Below, piece by piece: positions 30,175 through 37,030 of a stretch of DNA of 37,030 nt (the stretch's first letter is position 1; every line of letters begins with the position of its first letter). The DNA comes from Betaproteobacteria bacterium (lineage in GTDB: Bacteria; Pseudomonadota; Gammaproteobacteria; Burkholderiales; Burkholderiaceae_C). A program made the translations under genes and the position numbers. The stretch is taken from positions 1-37,030 of the forward strand of contig JANLZT010000135.1 in NCBI GenBank assembly GCA_031366465.1, in the 5' to 3' direction. The notes beneath the pieces are model-generated. The model was not told the DNA's origin, searched no databases, and worked only from the letters and a program-made list of their open reading frames with translations.

Positions 30175-31059
30175 TCAGGCCGCCTGCGTGACAGGCACGC
30201 TGATTGGGTCGAGCGAGGTGACCAGCGCACTCGCCGGCACGCCGTCACGCCAGGGCAGGTCCACAGCCGGCTGGCTGCGCAGGCAGTCATCGCCCAGCAG
30301 GCTGATCGGCGTGAAGTTGCGGTGAGCGATGTACTCGGGCCGCTTGTGGCGGCGGATGTGGTTGCTGGTGGCGCACAGGCTCAAGTACACCGACACCCGG
30401 TTCCAGGGCGACAGATTGCTGGCCGAGGCATGCACCAGGCAGGAGTGGAAGACGATCATCGAGCCAGCCGGCCCGGTGGGCGAGACGATGCCACCGTGCT
30501 TGCCGCCGGCCCGCGCCACCAGCTGGGCGATCAGCGCGTTGTCGACCGTCCACAGCGGGTAGCTGGTGGTGGTCAGGTCATGTTTGGCATCGATCACGCC
30601 GCGCTTGTGGCTGCCGGGGATGAACATCAGCGGGCCGTTGTAGGCGTTGACATCGTCCAGAAAGATGGCGATGTTCATGGCCCGCTCGGTGGGCATCTGG
30701 TCGTCATTGAGCCAGGTGCCGTAGTCCTGGTGCCACTGCCACACATCGCCCTCGAAGGCCAGCTTGCCGTTGATCTTGAACTGGTGCATGTAGACCGGCT
30801 CGTCCAGCAACTGCATCACCGGCCCGACCATCCGCGGGTGACGCGCCAGCCGGGCAAAGGGCGCGCTGTACAGGTGGGCCGCAAAGTTGGTGCGCACCGC
30901 ATCTGACCCGCGCTCGCGCACGTTGTAGTCCTCGCGCCGGGCATACAGCGCCGGCACTTCGTCGGTCAGGGTCTTGACTTCATCGGCCGCAAACAGGCCG
31001 GGGAAGAAGAGGTAGCCGTCACGGTCGAATTGCGCGGCTTGGTCGGGGCTGAGGTGCAT
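30175..31059 (-). CDS. Fe(II)/2-oxoglutarate dioxygenase, PhyH family (ectoine/proline hydroxylase-like)
   Basis: HQFKIN, WHQD, PGSHK, LVHAS, distal R; AGGAG RBS. Confidence 0.88.
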   Translation of the reverse strand: MHLSPDQAAQFDRDGYLFFPGLFAADEVKTLTDEVPALYARREDYNVRERGSDAVRTNFAAHLYSAPFARLARHPRMVGPVMQLLDEPVYMHQFKINGKLAFEGDVWQWHQDYGTWLNDDQMPTERAMNIAIFLDDVNAYNGPLMFIPGSHKRGVIDAKHDLTTTSYPLWTVDNALIAQLVARAGGKHGGIVSPTGPAGSMIVFHSCLVHASASNLSPWNRVSVYLSLCATSNHIRRHKRPEYIAHRNFTPISLLGDDCLRSQPAVDLPWRDGVPASALVTSLDPISVPVTQAA

Positions 31060-31227
31060 GGGGGGCTCCTGACGAGCTGATCAGAGGTTGAGCGTGCGCC
31101 AAATCGCTTCAGCGCTCGGGCATTGTGCCCACGGAGACTTCAGTGGCGCCAGATTCCCGGAGGTCATCGAGAATCAGTCCGCGTGGCGCAATACGGCTCA
31201 TGCAGACCTTTGGGAGGAAGTAGCCAA

Positions 31228-32097
31228 GTGACTCGGAGACAGAAAACAAGTCCCGCAGAAGACTTGATGGCGCTGCTAGCGATGCTGCCCTGGTGGGCTG
31301 GCGTCCTGCTGGCGGTGCTGTTCTATCTGGTTTTGCACCGAGTGGCTGGCCAGCCGGTGGCCAACGGCATGCAAGCCGGGCAGGTGGGCGCTTTGGTGAC
31401 GCAGACCTTGTGGAAGACGCTGGCGAGCTTGGGCCAGTACCTCCTGCCGGTACTCTGCCTGGCCGGAGCCGGCATCTCGGCCTGGAAACGCCGCGAGCGC
31501 AAGGCCCTGGTGTCCCATGTTGTGCAGAGCGCCGCAGCCGACGTTCTGGACGGGATGAGCTGGCAGCAATTTGAGAGGCTGGTCGGTGAAGCCTTTCGGC
31601 TGCAGGGCTATTCCGTGGTCGAGACCGGAGGGGGCGGCGCTGATGGCGGGGTTGACCTGATCCTGTCCAAGGGCAGTGAAAAGTTCTTGGTTCAGTGCAA
31701 ACAATGGAAAGCGTTCAAGGTCGGCGTTGGCGTGGTCCGGGAGCTGTACGGTGTGATGGCGGCGAATGGTTCTGCAGGCGGCTTCGTCGTGACTTCAGGG
31801 CGCTTTACGGCAGAGGCATCAAGCTTCGCCAGCGGCAGGAATATCGCGCTCATTGATGGGCCGAAACTTCATGAGTTGATCCGGCAGGCTGGTCGCGCAG
31901 GCGCGTCGAGTCGTCCGCCGCACGGAGCGCCAATCCGACTTGCAAGCCAGAGCGATACGAAGTTTCCGGATCCCAGCTGCCCGATCTGTTCAAAGCCGAT
32001 GGCACGGCGGGTTGCTCAGCGCGGCGTGAACGCTGGGGGACAGTTCTGGGGTTGTACTGAATATCCAGCCTGCAAGGGCACTCGCCCGACGCACTGA
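31228..32097 (+). CDS. Membrane-anchored Mrr-like endonuclease with C-terminal topoisomerase-type C4 zinc finger
   Basis: GGAGG RBS plus GTG 31228; two TM segments; FERLV..DGGVD..VQCK Mrr_cat; CPIC..FWGC..YPAC. Confidence 0.85.
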   Translation: MTRRQKTSPAEDLMALLAMLPWWAGVLLAVLFYLVLHRVAGQPVANGMQAGQVGALVTQTLWKTLASLGQYLLPVLCLAGAGISAWKRRERKALVSHVVQSAAADVLDGMSWQQFERLVGEAFRLQGYSVVETGGGGADGGVDLILSKGSEKFLVQCKQWKAFKVGVGVVRELYGVMAANGSAGGFVVTSGRFTAEASSFASGRNIALIDGPKLHELIRQAGRAGASSRPPHGAPIRLASQSDTKFPDPSCPICSKPMARRVAQRGVNAGGQFWGCTEYPACKGTRPTH

Positions 32098-32120
32098 AGT
32101 TCCACAAGCCTTGCAACGTG

Positions 32121-32387
32121 ATGGGGCTGTGTACCCGGCCTGGCCCGGCCTACTGCACCGAAGCAAGCATCCCCGCCATTGACTTTCACCAGCCCGACGA
32201 CGCGTCCGAAATCGCCGCCTGGCGCAAGCACCCGAACCTGCACGGCCGGGTGGAACAGCTCTACCGCTCGAAGGGCGGTGGCAAGGATTGCGTCAACTGC
32301 GTCAACCTCAAGCTGGAGCCCGAGGACATCGATGCCCTGGAGGCAGACGTGCTCGCCGAGACACTCCCCGCGACGACCGGCTTCTTC
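32121..32387 (+). pseudogene. Truncated remnant of a small hypothetical family recalled from phage/plasmid/ICE contexts (WRKHPNLHG motif)
   Basis: MGL..AY, WRKHPNLHG, NCVNL, LPATTGFF, after which the frame runs into unrelated sequence; family recognition from memory only. Confidence 0.45.
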
Positions 32388-32408
32388 GAAGCGGCGCGGC
32401 TCGGCGGG

Positions 32409-32507
32409 TCAGCCGTCCCAGCCAGCAGACAAGGCCTCCTCGTGGTCCTGTCCGCCGTAGAACACGCCGATGACGGAGACTGTCTGCGCATCTTCGTCCA
32501 CGGCGTA
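32409..32507 (-). pseudogene. C-terminal fragment of RelE/ParE-family toxin
   Basis: Minus frame YAVDEDAQTVSVIGVFYGGQDHEEALSAGWDG*; no start or N-terminal half before garD end. Confidence 0.55.
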
Positions 32508-32539
32508 GCGTGCGTGGGCCCGCTGCCCCAGGCCCGCCC

Positions 32540-34096
32540 TCAAGTCACCGGCGCCGGATTGAACAGCACCAGCGCGTTGTGCAGCTTCCAGTGCTCGGCC
32601 CAGGTCTTCTTGCGGCCACTGGCCACGGCCAGCATCAGGTGGAACAACTGCCAGCCGATGCCTTCGATGCTGGCCGTGCCGTCGGCAATCTCGCCGGCGT
32701 TGATGTCCATCAGGTCGTGCCAGCGCCGTGCCAGGTCACTGCGGGTGGCCACCTTGATCACCGGCACGGCTGCCAGGCCGTAAGGTGTGCCGCGCCCGGT
32801 GGTGAAGACATGCAGGTTCATGCCGGCCGCCAGTTGCAGCGTGCCGCAGATGAAATCGCTGGCCGGCGTGGCGGCATAGGTCAGGCCCTTGACTTTGAGC
32901 TTCTCGCCCGGGGCCAGCACGTTGCTGATCGCTGACGAGCCCGATTTGATGATCGACCCCATCGCCTTCTCGACGATGTTGGACAGCCCACCCTGCTTGT
33001 TGCCCGGCGTGGTGTTGGCGCTGCGGTCCACCTTGCCGCGCTGCAGATAGGCGTCGTACCAGGCCATCTCGCGGATCATGGCCTGGGCGACTTCGGGCGT
33101 GGTGGCGCGTGAGGTGAGCTGGTCGATGCCGTCGCGCACTTCGGTGGTCTCGGAAAACATCACGCTGGCACCGGCGCGCACCAGCAGGTCAGTACAAAAG
33201 CCCACCGCCGGGTTGGCCGTGACACCCGAAAACGCATCGCTGCCGCCGCACTGCACGCCCACCACCAGTTCGCTGGCGGGGACGGTTTCGCGCTGGCGGC
33301 TGTTCAGGCGTTGCAAATGTATTTCAGCCTGCTGCATGATGGACTCGACCATGGACATGAAGCCCACATGGACATCATCCTGCAAACAAGTGACGTCCAA
33401 CTTGTTGCGCTCATCTATCAGCGGAATGCTTCCCGGCGGTAACAGCCGCTCGGGCTGCAGCTTTTCACAACCCAGACTGACCACCATCACCTCACCGCCA
33501 AAGTTGGGGTTCAGGCTGATGTTGCGTAGCGTGCGGATGGGTATCTCGGCACCCGGTGCGTCAATAGCCACGCCGCAGCCGTAGGCGTGGTCCAAGGCCA
33601 CCACATCGTCCACATTTTTAAACTTTGGCATCAGTTCGGCTTTGATGCGCTGCACGGCAAAGTCTGTCACGCCTGCCACACACTGCACGGTTTGAGTGAT
33701 AGCCAAAATATTGCGTGTGCCAACCGAACCATCGGCGTTGCGAAAGCCCTCAAAGGTGTAGCCCTCCAGCGGCGTCAACGCCGGCGGCCTAACGGTCGCT
33801 ATCGGCAAGTTGCTCAAGCCCAAAGCATCAGGCATGGCCAGCAGGCGCTCATGCACCCAACTGCCTGCGGGGATGTCTTTGAGCGCATGGCCGATGGCGA
33901 TGCCGTAGCGAATCACCGCCGCGCCAGCGGCAATGTCCGTCAAAGCCACCTTGTGGCCTTGCGGTACCTTGTCGAGCAGCAGCAAACCCGATAGCAATGC
34001 TGTGCCTGCTGGCAGTCCGCCGTCATTGGCCACGATCGCGACGTTGTCGCTGGCATGCATGCGAATGGTGTGCGGCTGATGAAGAGTTTGCGTCAT
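32540..34096 (-). CDS. garD: Galactarate dehydratase (UxaA family, N-terminal SAF)
   Basis: [49 protein letters not shown]; ATG 34096 with AGGA RBS. Confidence 0.93.
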   Translation of the reverse strand: MTQTLHQPHTIRMHASDNVAIVANDGGLPAGTALLSGLLLLDKVPQGHKVALTDIAAGAAVIRYGIAIGHALKDIPAGSWVHERLLAMPDALGLSNLPIATVRPPALTPLEGYTFEGFRNADGSVGTRNILAITQTVQCVAGVTDFAVQRIKAELMPKFKNVDDVVALDHAYGCGVAIDAPGAEIPIRTLRNISLNPNFGGEVMVVSLGCEKLQPERLLPPGSIPLIDERNKLDVTCLQDDVHVGFMSMVESIMQQAEIHLQRLNSRQRETVPASELVVGVQCGGSDAFSGVTANPAVGFCTDLLVRAGASVMFSETTEVRDGIDQLTSRATTPEVAQAMIREMAWYDAYLQRGKVDRSANTTPGNKQGGLSNIVEKAMGSIIKSGSSAISNVLAPGEKLKVKGLTYAATPASDFICGTLQLAAGMNLHVFTTGRGTPYGLAAVPVIKVATRSDLARRWHDLMDINAGEIADGTASIEGIGWQLFHLMLAVASGRKKTWAEHWKLHNALVLFNPAPVT

Positions 34097-34109
34097 TCTG
34101 AATCCTGTC

Positions 34110-34125
34110 ATGGTAACGCTACCAT
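34110..34125. promoter_or_regulatory. LacI-family operator ATGGTAACGCTACCAT between garD and regulator
   Basis: 16-bp dyad, one mismatch, central CG; second copy at 35238. Confidence 0.85.
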
Positions 34126-34143
34126 TTGAGTTACGATTATAGG

Positions 34144-35178
34144 ATGCCGACCCACGACAAAGACAAGATTAAAAAAAACAGACGCAGCAGTGGTGCCATT
34201 ACACTGGTTGACGTGGCCAGGCTGGCGGGCGTGGCACCCATCACGGCCTCGCGTGCTGTCAATACACCGAACCTTGTGTCGGCGAAAGTCCTGAAAAAAG
34301 TGCAAGACGCCGTGCAGCGCACGGGCTATGTGCCCAACCGCGTTGCGGGCGGGCTGGCGTCATCACGCAGCCGCCTGATTGCGGCGATTGTGCCCAGCAT
34401 GGTGGTGTCGGTTTTCGTCGAGATGATCGAGACCCTGAACAACACGCTGTTTGAGCGGGGCTATCAGTTGATGTTGGGTCAAAGTGGGTATTCGGCTGAG
34501 CGCGAAGATGCACTGGTCGAGTCCATCATTGGGCGCAGGCCGGACGGTATTTTCCTGACCGGCATCATGCAGTCTGCAAAATCGCGGGCGCGCTTGCTGG
34601 CCTCCGGTATTCCCGTGGTTGAAACCTGGGACTTGACGCCCACACCCATTGACATGCTGATAGGTTTTTCTCATGCCAACATAGGGCGGGAAGTCGCTGA
34701 TTTCTTAGTAAAAAAAGGGCGCAAAAAGTTTGCAATGATTCAAACAGGAGATGAACGCGCAAAACGCCGGGCGACGACATTTTCTGCAGCCATAAGTCGG
34801 CATGGTCTGGCTGAGGTATTGATAGACAACGTGGGGGATGCACGATCCTTGAAAAGTGGGCGGGATTCACTCAAAAGAATACTACTCTCAGCACCGGATG
34901 TTGACGCCATTTTTTGCAGCTCTGACCTGCTGGCCATGGGCGTGGTGACAGAGGCTATTGCGCAGGGTATTGCAATCCCACGGCGCTTGTCTGTGGTCGG
35001 GTTTGGCGATGTTCCTTATCTCGCCAACATGATCCCCGCTTTGACGACGGTGAAAATCAATGGCCAAGATATTGGCCAGAAAGCCGCTGCTTATTTAGTA
35101 GATCGAGCCGAAGGGCGTCCCGTCAGCGAGCCTATTGTTGATATGGGGTTCACGATTTGTGAGCGCGATAGCACTTAA
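34144..35178 (+). CDS. LacI family transcriptional regulator (gluconate-repressor GntR-like branch)
   Basis: [41 protein letters not shown]. Confidence 0.92.
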   Translation: MPTHDKDKIKKNRRSSGAITLVDVARLAGVAPITASRAVNTPNLVSAKVLKKVQDAVQRTGYVPNRVAGGLASSRSRLIAAIVPSMVVSVFVEMIETLNNTLFERGYQLMLGQSGYSAEREDALVESIIGRRPDGIFLTGIMQSAKSRARLLASGIPVVETWDLTPTPIDMLIGFSHANIGREVADFLVKKGRKKFAMIQTGDERAKRRATTFSAAISRHGLAEVLIDNVGDARSLKSGRDSLKRILLSAPDVDAIFCSSDLLAMGVVTEAIAQGIAIPRRLSVVGFGDVPYLANMIPALTTVKINGQDIGQKAAAYLVDRAEGRPVSEPIVDMGFTICERDST

Positions 35179-35223
35179 GCAGATGGCTTGTGACAACACG
35201 TATAAATCCCTAGTAAGTAATTC

Positions 35224-35252
35224 TTGACGATTTGGCTTGGTAGCGCTACCAT
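35224..35252 (+). promoter_or_regulatory. Sigma70 promoter TTGACG-N17-TACCAT overlapped by perfect operator TGGTAGCGCTACCA (35238-35251)
   Basis: Exact 17-bp spacing; 14-bp palindrome covers the spacer and -10. Confidence 0.8.
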
Positions 35253-35377
35253 TTCATCTGCATACCAGCATCGGCATATGTTTTTTGTGCAGGATCATTA
35301 AATCCACCGTTTGGCGATGAAGTCGGTCTTATTTTCAGTTCCACGCCACCTGGCGCATCAACCATGAGACCATCAAA

Positions 35378-36355
35378 ATGAAAACTACCTTGATTGCAAT
35401 GACACTTACTGTGCTCGTTGGCGGACTGTCGGTTCAAGCTACTTCTCACGCGCAAGTGTGGCCGCAGAAACCCGTTACTTTGGTTGTGCCGTTTCCAGCG
35501 GGAGGGTCTACCGACACCGTAGCGCGCGCAATCGGACCAAAAATGGCGATCAGACTGAACCAGGCGTTTGTCATAGACAACAGAGCTGGCGCTACAGGAA
35601 CTATTGGCACTGCGTTTGTCAAACGTGCGCAGCCAGACGGCTATACCCTGCTGGTGACTTCGCTCGGTCCACTAACCATCGTCCCGCATCTGGTAAAACA
35701 ACTGCCCTATGACGCGAGAACAGATTTTGAGCATGTCACAGTGGCCGTGCAAGCGCCCAACCTCCTGGTTGTACCGGCTGCATCTGGCATCAAGAGCCTA
35801 CAGGAAATGCTTGCTGAACTGAAGAATAAGCCTGGCGCATTGGCATTCGGTTCAGCCGGTAATGGTTCGTCGCCGCACCTCACCGCTGAGCTGTTCTGGA
35901 AAGTCACAGGCACAAAGGGGTTGCATGTCCCCTACAAGGGCGGGGCACTCGCGATGAACGATTTGCTGGCAGGTACCCTGGCAGCCTCATTTCCAAACAT
36001 CAACGAAGTCATCAAGCTGGTGCAGGCGGGTCGCCTTCGCGCGCTGGCAATTACTTCCAAGACCAGGTCACCCTTGTTGCCTGATGTACCCACCTTATCC
36101 GAGCTGGGTATTCAAGGTGCGGATGTCTATTCTTGGCAAGCCGTTGTCGCGCCCAAGGGACTGCCTTCAGATATCAAGCGCACCATGCACGCAGCAATTG
36201 TTGCGGCTCTCAATGAACCTGATGTCAAAGCCAGGTTCGTCGAACAGGGCTTTGAAATAGTCGCCAGTACACCAGCAGAATTTCAGCGCTATCACTTTGA
36301 GGAATTTGCCCGGTGGCAGCGGCTGATCGAAAGCTCCAAAATCACCATTGACTGA
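35378..36355 (+). CDS. Bug/TctC tripartite tricarboxylate transporter substrate-binding protein
   Basis: Signal peptide; VVPFPAGGSTD, DNRAGA, PDGYTL, HVPYKGG, PDVPT. Confidence 0.93.
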   Translation: MKTTLIAMTLTVLVGGLSVQATSHAQVWPQKPVTLVVPFPAGGSTDTVARAIGPKMAIRLNQAFVIDNRAGATGTIGTAFVKRAQPDGYTLLVTSLGPLTIVPHLVKQLPYDARTDFEHVTVAVQAPNLLVVPAASGIKSLQEMLAELKNKPGALAFGSAGNGSSPHLTAELFWKVTGTKGLHVPYKGGALAMNDLLAGTLAASFPNINEVIKLVQAGRLRALAITSKTRSPLLPDVPTLSELGIQGADVYSWQAVVAPKGLPSDIKRTMHAAIVAALNEPDVKARFVEQGFEIVASTPAEFQRYHFEEFARWQRLIESSKITID

Positions 36356-36555
36356 GCGCAACTTGCTGCCTGAAGAACAAGGTGGCCGTTGCAAGGGCAA
36401 CATCGCAATAGGTCAGTTAAACGCGGGCAATGCCGGAGTGCCGGCGGAGCTGCTGGTTGACATCGCACCTGTGAGGCAGGCGGTTGCGTACACAAAACTC
36501 GGATCACAGTAGTTGAACGGACCGCTGAACTGCAAACTTGAATGATTCAAATCCA

Positions 36556-37030
36556 ATGACGACTATCGACACACCCCGCATCACACGCCTGCAGGTTATC
36601 CCCGTTGCAGGACGCGACAGCATGCTGCTCAATTTGAGCGGCGCGCATGGCCCGTATTTCACCCGCAATCTCTTGATACTTACCGACAACGCGGGACGCA
36701 CCGGTGTGGGCGAGGTGCCAGGAGGCGAAAAAATCCGCCATACACTCGAAGATGCAGGCCCGCTGGTAACAGGCCAACCCATCGGCCAGTATCTGGGCAT
36801 TTTGCAAAGCATGCAGCAGCAGTTTGCAGAACGTGACTCTGGCGGGCGCGGCCTGCAAACATTTGATTTGCGCACCACCATTCATGCCGTGACAGCGGTT
36901 GAATCTGCCCTGCTCGACCTGCTGGGCCAGCACCTCGGCGTGCCCGTGGCGGCCTTGCTGGGCGAAGGCCAGCAGCGCGATGCTGTGGAGATGCTGGGCT
37001 ATCTGTTTTACGTCGGTGACCGCCGCAAAA
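36556..37030 (+). CDS. gudD: Glucarate dehydratase (enolase superfamily), 3' truncated by window edge
   Basis: Manual translation: [51 protein letters not shown]; absent from ORF track because it has no stop in the window. Confidence 0.92.
   Translation, partial: MTTIDTPRITRLQVIPVAGRDSMLLNLSGAHGPYFTRNLLILTDNAGRTGVGEVPGGEKIRHTLEDAGPLVTGQPIGQYLGILQSMQQQFAERDSGGRGLQTFDLRTTIHAVTAVESALLDLLGQHLGVPVAALLGEGQQRDAVEMLGYLFYVGDRRK

Noticed and set aside
30175-31059. Calling the PhyH gene ectD
   Set aside because: No ectABC context and the full EctD signature is not matched; left as family-level call
32118-32783. 221-aa ORF as a real gene
   Set aside because: Overlaps garD antisense by over 240 bp and spans two unrelated fragments
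36538-36550. Palindrome TTGAATGATTCAA just before gudD
   Set aside because: Single short AT-rich dyad unrelated to the LacI operator; no second copy found

Overview
High-GC bacterial chromosomal segment whose gene styles suggest Burkholderiales (Rubrivivax/Ideonella/Methylibium-like; inference). The centrepiece (about 4.7-20.2 kb, all + strand) is a complete group-5 soluble di-iron monooxygenase (propane/acetone monooxygenase, Prm/Mim type) locus. It has two sigma54 promoters with matching 17-bp enhancer-like sites and an IHF site. The upstream operon encodes an ADH-A-like secondary alcohol dehydrogenase, a COG0523 GTPase, a WD40 propeller and a 63-aa protein. Then come alpha/reductase/beta/coupling subunits, an amidohydrolase, a DUF59 protein, a lone GroEL, an overlooked 34-aa membrane peptide, an Nramp transporter and a GAF-AAA+-Fis activator. 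The left flank holds a methyltransferase, a chromate-transporter pair, an MFS transporter, a D-2-hydroxyacid dehydrogenase and DUF1993. The right flank holds two divergent paralogous hypotheticals, a penicillin/AHL acylase, lexA-HhH with tandem SOS boxes, asparaginase, ohr-ohrR, an MlrC/SAF-oxidoreductase/PhyH trio, a membrane-anchored Mrr nuclease and decayed mobile-element debris. It ends in a lower-GC aldarate block (garD, LacI regulator with operators, Bug SBP, partial gudD). No rRNA, tRNA, CRISPR array or intact mobile element was seen. All family calls come from motif recognition, not database searches.
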